From: Candidatus Hodarchaeota archaeon
GTDB lineage: Archaea > Asgardarchaeota > Heimdallarchaeia > Hodarchaeales > Hodarchaeaceae
Length of the DNA stretch: 16,049 nucleotides
Direction: 5' to 3'
Assembly: GCA_016840035.1 (NCBI GenBank)
Contig: JAEOTC010000223.1
Span: forward strand, 1 to 16,049
Notes under the pieces: generated by a model
What the model was told of the DNA's origin: nothing
Database searches by the model: none
What the model saw: only the letters and a program-made list of their open reading frames with translations
Position numbers and translations under genes: made by a program
Part shown: positions 1-8,485 of the stretch, piece by piece
Position numbering within the stretch: the first letter of the stretch is position 1
How the letters are laid out: each line of letters opens with the position of its first letter

Positions 1-2
1 CC

Positions 3-824
3 AATCCTGGAGAAGAAATCATCATAGAGCGTAAAAGTCATATTTTTCTCTATGAAGTTGGAAGTGCTGCTAGAATCGGAGGATTGACAACTAAAGCTTT
101 TGAATCTTCAAGTGGAGTACCTAACATCGATAAACTTGAAACTATGCTTCGTCCCAGAGATGATGTGCATCAACCTTGGACAACATTACTCGCAGTCGAA
201 AACACCCATAATACTCATGGTGGAAAGGTAGTACATCCTAATGACCTAGCAAAATTATCTAAATTCACTAAGGAGCATGATATGAAATTACATATGGATG
301 GGGCGAGAATCTTCAACGCAGCGACAGCAGCTGATCTTCCTTTACCAAAATTTACTGATCATGTGGATTCAGTTATGTTCTGTTTATCTAAAGGAATGGC
401 ATGTCCTGTGGGATCATTAATTGTAGGATCACAAGAGTTTATTGATCGTGCACGAAAATTCCGTAAAATGCTTGGTGGAGGTATGAGACAGGCGGGTGTA
501 ATTGCCATTATGGGACTTGTAGCCCTTACACACGATTGGAAAAAACAGCTAAAGCAGGACCATATCCATGCAAAGCGATTAGCCACAGCATTAAGGGAAG
601 AAAATGAACAAATAGTGGTTACTATGCCAGAGACGAATATAATCAATTTTTCTTTCTCTGAAGCCGCTCCAACGAAAGAGATTCATGATGAGTTGGTGAA
701 ACGAGGTGTCTTGGGTCTACATAAAGGACACTATCAGCGTCTAGTGACTCATGTGGGTCTTTCAAGTGAGGATATTGATGAAATCATTACTATTTTAAAT
801 TCTACATTTAAGCAATACCTTTAA
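3..824 (+). CDS. ltaE: Low-specificity L-threonine aldolase (PLP-dependent), 5'-truncated by the window edge
   Basis: Frame is open from position 3 (NPGEEIIIERKSHIFLYEVG...), so the track's start at 84 is internal. Motifs ENTHN..GG, LHMDGARIFNA, SVMFCLSKG (PLP lysine), RKMLGGGMRQAG and RLVTH are present. Confidence 0.93.
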   Translation, partial: NPGEEIIIERKSHIFLYEVGSAARIGGLTTKAFESSSGVPNIDKLETMLRPRDDVHQPWTTLLAVENTHNTHGGKVVHPNDLAKLSKFTKEHDMKLHMDGARIFNAATAADLPLPKFTDHVDSVMFCLSKGMACPVGSLIVGSQEFIDRARKFRKMLGGGMRQAGVIAIMGLVALTHDWKKQLKQDHIHAKRLATALREENEQIVVTMPETNIINFSFSEAAPTKEIHDELVKRGVLGLHKGHYQRLVTHVGLSSEDIDEIITILNSTFKQYL

Positions 825-863
825 TGTATAATTCTTAGTATCTCATCTGCTTATTACATGCAC

Positions 864-884
864 AAAGAGGAAGGCTTTTAAAAA
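864..884 (+). promoter_or_regulatory. Putative archaeal BRE/TATA promoter for the small-ORF operon
   Basis: Purine-rich AAAGAGGAAGG (864-874) followed by TTTTAAAA (876-883). Expected transcription start at about 903-909 coincides with the start of a hairpin. Confidence 0.45.
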
Positions 885-903
885 CAATTGAAGATATGTC
901 TAG

Positions 904-932
904 TTGACAAAAGGCCAGGAAGCTTTTGTCGA
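904..932 (+). other. Stem-loop at predicted 5' end of transcript
   Basis: GACAAAAG (906-913) pairs perfectly with CTTTTGTC (923-930), extendable by U-G and U-A pairs; 9-nt loop GCCAGGAAG. Confidence 0.55.
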
Positions 933-948
933 TATCTGATGTGATATT

Positions 949-1020
949 ATGAAACAACTGAAGGCGCATATTTGGTGCCCTAATGGGATTCTTATTGTCA
1001 CACAACGCTATTTTATGTAA
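949..1020 (+). CDS. Putative 23-aa leader/micro-peptide MKQLKAHIWCPNGILIVTQRYFM (not in ORF track)
   Basis: ATG at 949, TAA at 1018-1020. The start context GTGATATTATG is identical to that of the SDR gene at 7130. Confidence 0.4.
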   Translation: MKQLKAHIWCPNGILIVTQRYFM

Positions 1021-1028
1021 ACCAAAAA

Positions 1029-1056
1029 TTCCTTACAATTCCTGGGTGTATAGGAA
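1029..1056 (+). other. Bulged stem-loop between the leader ORF and the zinc-ribbon RBS
   Basis: TTCCT-TACA (1029-1037) pairs with TGTA-(T)-AGGAA (1047-1056); ends 7 nt before GGAGGT (1064-1069). Confidence 0.45.
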
Positions 1057-1080
1057 GAATAACGGAGGTTTCTAAGAAAA

Positions 1081-1227
1081 ATGTTTTGCGACGAATGCGG
1101 TACTGTTTTATCCCCGCCCAAAGATGCTGATAGCCTTGGAGTTTGCGTAAATTGTAGTAAACGCGAGCTCGTGGCATCAGAAGAGCAATTATTGGTAGAA
1201 AATACCAGTGAGGTACGAGCAGCATGA
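1081..1227 (+). CDS. 48-aa C4 zinc-ribbon protein MFCDECGTVLSPPKDADSLGVCVNCSKRELVASEEQLLVENTSEVRAA (not in ORF track)
   Basis: SD GGAGGT at 1064-1069; C-x2-C-x15-C-x2-C; MFCxxCGxxLxP start; stop TGA overlaps the next ATG (ATGA 1224-1227). Confidence 0.8.
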   Translation: MFCDECGTVLSPPKDADSLGVCVNCSKRELVASEEQLLVENTSEVRAA

Positions 1228-1430
1228 AAAATGATCCAAGGTATTGTTCAGTTTGTAAAAAGCTTCTCTTGCGACAAAATCTCTTCGGTTATGTCTTATT
1301 GACATCCTGTGATAGCTGTACTGAAATTATTCACGAGAGTTGTTATTTGGAGCATCACCAGATTGCCCACAACTTGATTGCTTTAGTCATGGAAGAAGAG
1401 GAAATTGAAGCTGAATATTACAAACACTGA
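1224..1430 (+). CDS. 68-aa Cys/His-rich binuclear zinc-finger protein (B-box/PHD-like spacing) with acidic tail
   Basis: C8-x2-C11-x17-C29-x2-C32-x4-H37-x2-C40-x3-H44-x4-H49; ATGA coupling to the upstream ORF; tail MEEEEIEAE. Confidence 0.75.
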   Translation: MKNDPRYCSVCKKLLLRQNLFGYVLLTSCDSCTEIIHESCYLEHHQIAHNLIALVMEEEEIEAEYYKH

Positions 1431-1465
1431 GTGTACCTGGATCATTTCACGTGTTGTCTAGGGTT

Positions 1466-2611
1466 TCAAGGCATCCAGTCTAGTAACTTCGGATATCCAA
1501 CCTCTGCAAACTCCTTTTTAATAAGAACGATTTTCTCAAAAATAGGTTTCTTCAAACCGTCGATTTGAAGATCTGTTACAATCTTTCCTAACTTAGGTTG
1601 GATATTTTTCAAACCTGCTGTTAATCTAGAGTACTCATTCGGGAGCTGGATCTCTGTGAGGATTTCGTTTGTGTACATGGGGATCTCTTGATTCAATCCA
1701 CCAGAGAGGACTTTCAAACCATCATCTTCTGAGAGAGTATCTGGATTCATACATAATCGACTTAGTTGAGTAAACGCTTCCCTATAAGGATGGAAAATAT
1801 TGCGCGCTACTACGCCTCGAAGATACATCTGTTTTGTTTGTTCGGCTTGAAATAGAGCGAATGGGATGGTGGTCATTAGTTCAGTCATAAGCAGATCTTT
1901 GGAACTAACTAATGATTCAGCGGTCTGAGCTTTATCATATAGATCCATCGGAAGAACTATCCCACTAAGCTCACGATAATCAGTAATTACTTCTCCTGGG
2001 CTTAATCGAAACTGAACATAGTATACTCCCACGCCACTGAGAAAAATGAAAGGTTCTCCCCTTGTTTCTTCAAATCCTGTAACCGCGAAATCGGGTAAGA
2101 ATATCACATTGTCGTGTATGATTTCATATACAGGTTGGTTGAGATAAAATCCATTAAAAGGTCCAGTTCCAAGAAGTTTCCCCCAAGATGGGATTAAAAG
2201 AATCTGCTTTAAATTCGGAATTCCCTCAACACCAGCCTCTGGGTCAACGGGTACTTGGGTTGAGTCTTCATAAATTTCCAATCTGGCCTGTAGATATTCC
2301 TCTGTTTCTTTTTTCTCAAGTTCTTTTTTGCTTTGAGCCTTTCTGCGACCCATTTTCTCCAACTCTCCCAATCTTTTGTTAATTTTGTCTTGAACATCCG
2401 AGAGAAACTGTTCACGTAATGCGTTATAGCCATTACCATGTAAATAATTCTTATATTCAACTAATGATACACCAGATGCAGGATCAAACGTTCCTAACCT
2501 CTCAAAATATGGTTTGATTGTTTTTAATATCCTTTTTTCAAGGATAATCTTTTTTAATTCTTCTCCCAACTCGCGTGGTGTATCTGAGTTCTTTTTACTA
2601 TCTTCAGTCAT
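1466..2611 (-). CDS. Hypothetical protein, 381 aa, with charged helical/coiled-coil N-terminal third and globular C-terminal region
   Basis: Long ORF with purine-rich RBS-like GAGGGA upstream on the minus strand; no motif recognised. Confidence 0.85.
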   Translation of the reverse strand: MTEDSKKNSDTPRELGEELKKIILEKRILKTIKPYFERLGTFDPASGVSLVEYKNYLHGNGYNALREQFLSDVQDKINKRLGELEKMGRRKAQSKKELEKKETEEYLQARLEIYEDSTQVPVDPEAGVEGIPNLKQILLIPSWGKLLGTGPFNGFYLNQPVYEIIHDNVIFLPDFAVTGFEETRGEPFIFLSGVGVYYVQFRLSPGEVITDYRELSGIVLPMDLYDKAQTAESLVSSKDLLMTELMTTIPFALFQAEQTKQMYLRGVVARNIFHPYREAFTQLSRLCMNPDTLSEDDGLKVLSGGLNQEIPMYTNEILTEIQLPNEYSRLTAGLKNIQPKLGKIVTDLQIDGLKKPIFEKIVLIKKEFAEVGYPKLLDWMP

Positions 2612-2724
2612 TACTTATCCCTCTAACAATCTCATGGTGAATCTACACAATTATAGATTTATGAACCTATTCAATTGTCTCAATAAGAAATTTTAAATCA
2701 AGAACATTAGAGTTTGTACATAAA

Positions 2725-3519
2725 TTGATTTGTGAATCACAGGAGCTACCGAATATACTCGATCAAGAGTCAATAAAAATTGTTCAGGAAAGAGCAAACA
2801 ATATTTGGCCAGCTGAATTTTCTTATCTTTTAAATGGGTGGATATTACGTTTCAGTAAGGGAGTAACATGGAGAGCAAATTCTGTTCTTCCGTTAAATTA
2901 TTGGGGGAAGAATATCAACAAGGATATTAGTAAAGTAGAAGAAATCTACAGAAAATTTAATTCCTCTTCAAAGTTCATGCTACATGATCAGCATGATCCT
3001 CCAGAACTTCTTTCCGTATTAACCGAAGCATCCTATAAACCAGTGATGCCAACGCATGTAATGGGTAAACTTTTTGCTGATATTGATATCCAAAGTCACG
3101 ATAATGGATATAGCTATCATTTCATGACTAATAGAGATCCAGAATGGTATTCAGCATTAACTCGACTTAGTCCAAATCGATCCCCTTACAAGATGACCGT
3201 AATCGGTGAAATAATGGATCGAGTGCATATTCCCCAAAAGAGGTTCTTTTATGCAAAGAATAAATCAGACATTATCGGTGTAGTTCTCGCAATCATTGAT
3301 AGCGGATACATGGGAATCATGAATCTAGCGGTAGATCCAGAGTATCGAAATCAAGGTGTGGCAACAAACCTTATGTATCAGACTATAAATTGGGGAAAAA
3401 AAGAAGATACTAAATGGTTGTTTCTCCAAGTAGAAAAGTCTAACACCTCCGCAAGAGGTCTTTATGAAAAAATCAGATTGGAAGACTGGTATAGCTATAC
3501 TTATTACGAAAAAGAATAA
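2725..3519 (+). CDS. GNAT family N-acetyltransferase
   Basis: N-terminal GWILRFSKGVTWRANSVLPL; C-terminal acetyl-CoA motif A LAVDPEYRNQGVA and motif B LQVEKSNTSARGLYEK. TTG start is uncertain. Confidence 0.9.
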   Translation: MICESQELPNILDQESIKIVQERANNIWPAEFSYLLNGWILRFSKGVTWRANSVLPLNYWGKNINKDISKVEEIYRKFNSSSKFMLHDQHDPPELLSVLTEASYKPVMPTHVMGKLFADIDIQSHDNGYSYHFMTNRDPEWYSALTRLSPNRSPYKMTVIGEIMDRVHIPQKRFFYAKNKSDIIGVVLAIIDSGYMGIMNLAVDPEYRNQGVATNLMYQTINWGKKEDTKWLFLQVEKSNTSARGLYEKIRLEDWYSYTYYEKE

Positions 3520-3695
3520 TCTTCTAATTAGAAGAAGGAAAAACTATCAGATTTTTCTTTGCCAACAACAGTGGGAATATAAAGTGACATTGGAACTCAT
3601 TACAAGTTACGCTCAACATGGATCATTTAGTATGGGGATTGTTACTTCATTCTCTTTATTTTAAATGCCTTTAATCCAACGTTGGTGGAGATAAA

Positions 3696-6600
3696 ATGCA
3701 AGATACTAGTCCGCTCAATCAAGAAAAATCTCAATTTGTTCGAAAATTAACGCGTACAAAAGATGATTTCGAACGACTTGCACGTTGCTATAATTCGTTC
3801 AAGGATCCTGAAAGTTGGCCTGGAGGTTTCGGAGGAACTAGAATATTTACGGGTGAATTTATCGAAAAAGAGATGAAGGCGCAAGATTTGGAAGGGCATT
3901 TTGTTGCCATAGCTCCCGATGACCCAGATAAGATCGTTGGGGTTTGTTTCATCGGAAAATCGTGGAATAGTCCCAATTCTTACTATGTTCAATTTCTGGG
4001 CGTTGATCCGGCATATCAGGGTCAAAAGCTTGGAAAAGCAATGCTTTTACATGCAACAGATTACGTAACAAAATTAAAAGCTCTCCTGCTTTCATTACAC
4101 ACCTGGGGAGGTAATTTAAAGGCAATGCCACTGTATAAACGACAGGGGTACAAATGGAGACCCAATACTTCTGTGTATATGGAGAATTATCTTCCACAGA
4201 TTCTTAACTACCCGTATTTCCAAGAATTCTTCTCGAACCTCTCGAAGTCTTGGTACGAGTGCTTTGTTCCTAAGATAACACAGGAACCAGATACCAACTT
4301 AGATGATCAAATGCAAATATATGAATATGAATTTCAAGATCAAGACCAGCGTTTAGTTATCTGGGTGGATAGATCCATAGGCAAGATTAGTGGGTTTCAT
4401 TTAAAAACAACAACTGAAGATATCCTAATCCAAGGAAAAATATCAAATTCACATGGTTTTATTGGCTCTGAGGAATTTCCCATCAATCTTAGATTCACCA
4501 ACAATTCAGAAACAGATCTAAATATATCGTATGAGGTTGAACCTACCCCAAAAATTAAATTACTTAATTCCAAGATGAAAAACCAAATTAAAATACCAAA
4601 TTCTTTATCTAAATCGATAGAAGTTCAAGGGTCTTTCCTAGTCGACACAAATGAACTTGATACAAAGATTCATACCCACACATTAACTGAACATGGAATC
4701 ATTTTTAAAATTAAACATAAAAACCAAATTTTCCCATTAACCGTGGGAAAAATTCCAGTTAAGGCTATTAAAGTCGATCCTTATCCTACCAATTTTGCTA
4801 CAATACCAGAAAATGATGTGACAATTCCCTTAACCTTACAGAATAATATTGGTGAGGAGACTCATTTAGTAGTTAGTGTTAAGGACGGAAACAATATTTC
4901 TTTCAAAAAACATAGAGAAGAACTTATTCTCGGGAAATATGATTCAACCGTCAAATTCAATGCATCAACGCAGTCAACTGGGAGTGTAGTTGATTGGTTC
5001 GAAATTGAAATTAGATCTACTGAAGATAAACTTCTTACCAAAGAAACTATTCCAATAATGATCTTTAATAAAAATAAATCTCTTTATTATGAACGAGATC
5101 AACAGATTTTTATTGAGAATAAGCATATCCGAATAACACTATTCACAGAATCCCAACCGGGGAGTAATGAGGTCTTCATCACCGATAAACTGAGAAAATT
5201 GCAAGTATTTGGTCTACCCATTGTACTTGGGTATCCATTCGATGTTGAGGGGAGTGAATTTTATTCAAAAAAGCATACTCACGAGACTCGACAAGATGAA
5301 GGAGGGGTTTGGTTATTAAGCTCCTCAACCTCCGATCTAAAGTCTGGGATTGAGGTTACAAGGAGAATTTATCTTCCTAATGAAGGTGATTTTCTTTCAG
5401 TAGAGTGGGAGGTTAGAAATAACTCTGAAAAGGTGCAAGAGAATCTAGGAGTGGTAAATCATACTTATTGGTGGCCCTCCACAATTTCTCTTCTGAGTCG
5501 TGTCCTTCCCTTGAAATCTGGTGTGAAAGAATTGGATATTCTTGCTTTTCCTATAGATTTGGGAAAGGAACCCTCGATGTATTCAGAGGGTTGGCAAGCA
5601 GCTGTGTACAAAACAGGTGCATTTGGAGTATTCTTTGATCAGGAGAACATTGATAAAATAACCATTGGACGAGCTCAACCAAATATCGATATTAAAGTCC
5701 CAAATTTAGCCGTTGGCGAATACTATCTTACTGAACCGATTTATCTTACCTTTGCTGATAATTGGCAGACAATTCGAAAGAAATGGAAGGAACAGTATCA
5801 ACCCTCTCCGATTAATGAGGTTGAATATTCACGTGTTGCTAGTTCGCTTAAACAAATAGGCCTGAGAAATTCATGCGAAGGAAACACCATTGCTTACGGG
5901 GCTTTTCTCGATCGAAATAATCACAACTTAGAACTAAGTATCGATACTTTCCGAGAGACCTCCTTTAAGGGCTCTATGGAATTAACAATGGGAAAATTAG
6001 GATCAGATCTGAAAATTGATCTGCCAGAGGAAAAAGGGCAATATTTCAATCGTTCTGTCGATCTCGATATTCCCGAAGAAGAGCAAATTCTGGAAGGGAT
6101 GTTAAGCATCGACTCTTTGACACGAATTTTCGAATATCCAGTTGCATTAGGAATATTTGATACATCTCAAAATGTCACAATTACTCACACTGCGGATTCA
6201 GACGTGTACGAAGTTTCTAACAGTGTTTTTACTTTTAGAGGAAGTGAGAAGTACCGTGGAAACGTATTCCACCTATCACTAGACGGCAAAAAAGAGAATT
6301 TACTTCATACAGGCTCTGCTCCTTTTCCTGAAGTAAAACCATTTCTTTGGTTTCATCAGTTTTTTGGAGGTATTGGACCAGTACTGCAACCTGAAGGATT
6401 AAGGGATGTAGAAAATTTCAATACTCTTATATTTAAGTATTACCAGCCTTCTGCCGGGAAATGGAAAGGAATTGGTTTCAAATCTAGCATTATTGAGTAT
6501 TCACCCAAGATTAAAGGTTTACAGATAGCAACAGAGTATTTAACGCTCCCAAATTCTCCATTCCTTCTCGTTCAGACTCATGTGTATAATCACTCTGATA

Positions 6601-7034
6601 TAATTCGAAAATTCTCCCTCCAGATTGAAGGAAAAATGAAAACAACTGGCACGAGTAAAGATTTTTATTTCATTGATGATATAGAATCACCGAATCATTA
6701 TCTAAAATATCGACTCCAGGACTGGGAAGCTTTAGTTTGGCTTGAGAAAGGACCTCAGCCTAAATGGTGTGCTTATAAAAATGAGAATTGCGACTTTTAC
6801 ATGGCTGCAGTAATCCCAACCGTGAATATGAACGAATATGCATATCCTTATGCTCCAAATCTGAAGATAATAATGCTGGATCTTATAACAAATTCTGAGC
6901 AAATCTTACCTCAACAAATGTTGACATTCCGTATGTTATACTTCTTTACAGATAGTCTTGAGAGTGTTCATCCTTTTACACAGTCGAATCTGCTAGATTT
7001 ATTCCCTGAACAACAGAGATTTCCAGTAGACTAG
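3696..7034 (+). CDS. Large (1112 aa) GNAT-domain protein with long beta-rich C-terminal extension
   Basis: GGTGGAG RBS; motif A LGVDPAYQGQKLGKAML and motif B TWGGNLKAMPLYKRQGY within the first ~165 aa; remainder shows beta-strand-like patterning; no signal peptide or TM seen. Confidence 0.88.
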   Translation: MQDTSPLNQEKSQFVRKLTRTKDDFERLARCYNSFKDPESWPGGFGGTRIFTGEFIEKEMKAQDLEGHFVAIAPDDPDKIVGVCFIGKSWNSPNSYYVQFLGVDPAYQGQKLGKAMLLHATDYVTKLKALLLSLHTWGGNLKAMPLYKRQGYKWRPNTSVYMENYLPQILNYPYFQEFFSNLSKSWYECFVPKITQEPDTNLDDQMQIYEYEFQDQDQRLVIWVDRSIGKISGFHLKTTTEDILIQGKISNSHGFIGSEEFPINLRFTNNSETDLNISYEVEPTPKIKLLNSKMKNQIKIPNSLSKSIEVQGSFLVDTNELDTKIHTHTLTEHGIIFKIKHKNQIFPLTVGKIPVKAIKVDPYPTNFATIPENDVTIPLTLQNNIGEETHLVVSVKDGNNISFKKHREELILGKYDSTVKFNASTQSTGSVVDWFEIEIRSTEDKLLTKETIPIMIFNKNKSLYYERDQQIFIENKHIRITLFTESQPGSNEVFITDKLRKLQVFGLPIVLGYPFDVEGSEFYSKKHTHETRQDEGGVWLLSSSTSDLKSGIEVTRRIYLPNEGDFLSVEWEVRNNSEKVQENLGVVNHTYWWPSTISLLSRVLPLKSGVKELDILAFPIDLGKEPSMYSEGWQAAVYKTGAFGVFFDQENIDKITIGRAQPNIDIKVPNLAVGEYYLTEPIYLTFADNWQTIRKKWKEQYQPSPINEVEYSRVASSLKQIGLRNSCEGNTIAYGAFLDRNNHNLELSIDTFRETSFKGSMELTMGKLGSDLKIDLPEEKGQYFNRSVDLDIPEEEQILEGMLSIDSLTRIFEYPVALGIFDTSQNVTITHTADSDVYEVSNSVFTFRGSEKYRGNVFHLSLDGKKENLLHTGSAPFPEVKPFLWFHQFFGGIGPVLQPEGLRDVENFNTLIFKYYQPSAGKWKGIGFKSSIIEYSPKIKGLQIATEYLTLPNSPFLLVQTHVYNHSDIIRKFSLQIEGKMKTTGTSKDFYFIDDIESPNHYLKYRLQDWEALVWLEKGPQPKWCAYKNENCDFYMAAVIPTVNMNEYAYPYAPNLKIIMLDLITNSEQILPQQMLTFRMLYFFTDSLESVHPFTQSNLLDLFPEQQRFPVD

Positions 7035-7042
7035 CTCTTCTG

Positions 7043-7057
7043 AGAATATGATATTCT
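7043..7057. promoter_or_regulatory. Perfect palindrome AGAATAT-G-ATATTCT, possible operator
   Basis: 7-bp arms with a 1-nt centre in the intergenic space upstream of the SDR gene. Confidence 0.3.
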
Positions 7058-7129
7058 GAGAGAAACGTATTTTGTTTCATCAGTTCTGCGGAAGAAATGT
7101 AACCTTTTTACTTCGAATAAGGTGATATT

Positions 7130-7867
7130 ATGGTTCATAATGGTAAAGTAGTAATTGTGACCGGTGCATCAAAAGGGATTGGCAGAGCTATCAGTCACAA
7201 GTTAGCGAGTCTTGATTTTAATTTAATGCTTGTTTCTCGTGATTTATCGTCATTGAATAAAGTGAAATCAGAAATCTCTAGTTTAGGAGGGGGAGAAATA
7301 GAGGTTCTCTCTTGTGATTTGACTCAAGAGGATGAGATACAGAATTTAGTTGAGAAAACATTAGAACGATTTGAAAAAATTGATGTTTTAGTGAATAACG
7401 CAGGAGTTGGACGTTTTAAACGTGTAGATGATTTTACTCTTGATGATTATGATTTTATGTTTGATCTAAACGTTAAAGGACTATTTCTTTTAACAAAATA
7501 CATTATTCCTTACCTAATTACCCAAAAAAGTGGACATGTCATAAACATTAGTAGTATTGCAGGAAAAAACGGATTCAAGAGTGGATCTTTATATTCTGCG
7601 TCTAAACATGCCGTACAAGGATTTACATGGTCTTTAAGAGAAGATGTAAAAGAATTTGGAATAAAAGTTACTGCAGTGTGCCCAGGAAGTGTTCTAACAA
7701 GGTTTGGAGGGAAAAAGGCAGAAAATGTAGACTGGTCTCTTGAACCAGAGGATGTGGCCCACGCTATTGGATTTCTAGTTACAGAATCTGACTATGTTAA
7801 CACAGCTGAAATCATAATTAAGCCTCGTTATAATCCACGAACAGTGAATTGGGAAACAAGAATTTAA
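7130..7867 (+). CDS. Short-chain dehydrogenase/reductase (classical SDR)
   Basis: TGASKGIG Rossmann motif, NNAG, catalytic S and YSASK, PG motif; SD AGGTGAT. Confidence 0.95.
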   Translation: MVHNGKVVIVTGASKGIGRAISHKLASLDFNLMLVSRDLSSLNKVKSEISSLGGGEIEVLSCDLTQEDEIQNLVEKTLERFEKIDVLVNNAGVGRFKRVDDFTLDDYDFMFDLNVKGLFLLTKYIIPYLITQKSGHVINISSIAGKNGFKSGSLYSASKHAVQGFTWSLREDVKEFGIKVTAVCPGSVLTRFGGKKAENVDWSLEPEDVAHAIGFLVTESDYVNTAEIIIKPRYNPRTVNWETRI

Positions 7868-7895
7868 GAAAACCACCAATGGGCGGTTACAGTTT

Positions 7896-8225
7896 ATGCA
7901 GGAAAAAATAAACCTCGCTCGTGTCTATTATCAGAGTTGGGCAAATCAAGACAAAAAGACTGTCAAGGAATGTTTAGCTAAGAATTTTACATTTTATAGT
8001 CCTCAAGATAAATTTACTGATCCAGTGGAATTTATCTCATCCTGTTGGATTTATTCACAGGGATTAGTTAAGGTTGAATTTATTAAAGAAGCTTATAATC
8101 AGGATCAAGTTACACTGCATATGCTTTGGCATGGAGAAGATGGATCAACTTTCACTAGTACAGAACATGTTACAATCAGAGATGGTAAGATTACTACAAT
8201 TGTAGTAGAAAATAATAATTCATAA
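7896..8225 (+). CDS. SnoaL-like / NTF2-fold protein
   Basis: 109 aa; YYQSW...D...LAKNFTFYSP at the N-terminus and IRDGKITTI at the C-terminus are typical of SnoaL-like domains. Confidence 0.8.
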   Translation: MQEKINLARVYYQSWANQDKKTVKECLAKNFTFYSPQDKFTDPVEFISSCWIYSQGLVKVEFIKEAYNQDQVTLHMLWHGEDGSTFTSTEHVTIRDGKITTIVVENNNS

Positions 8226-8485
8226 ATCAATTATCGCTATATGATACTTACATGTGTCTTGTTATCATAATTTAGAATTATTTATGAACCTCTGTCGCTA
8301 ATTAAACCTTAATTGATGTTTTAATGTCCAGTTTAACATATTTAGGTCATGTTCAAGGTCTGTGTAACTGAAAACAAAAAAGCGTACCTATAAACTATTT
8401 AATTGGTATCAAACAAATTTTTCCTTGAATAGGAAGATTGAAACTCACTTACTCCAAAGAAAAGAAATCAAACCAGTGAAATCAT

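Noticed and set aside
84-824. Track start of the aldolase at TTG 84
   Set aside because: The frame is open and aldolase-like back to position 3; the true start lies outside the window.
895-1060. Known riboswitch, SRP RNA or C/D-box sRNA (CTGA at 936 and 958; CCAGGAAG loop)
   Set aside because: No complete box C (RTGATGA) and no full consensus for TPP, cobalamin, fluoride or SRP; kept only as an unclassified structured leader.
1013-1225. 70-aa minus-strand ORF
   Set aside because: Antisense to the better-supported zinc-ribbon ORF (SD, CxxC pairs, ATGA coupling); no motif.
359-6109. Short alternative ORFs 359-646, 2188-2382, 2209-2460, 2514-2696, 3464-3664, 3747-4025, 3788-3976, 3949-4197, 5921-6109
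   Set aside because: They overlap long motif-bearing genes in other frames or strands and show no motifs; treated as shadow ORFs.
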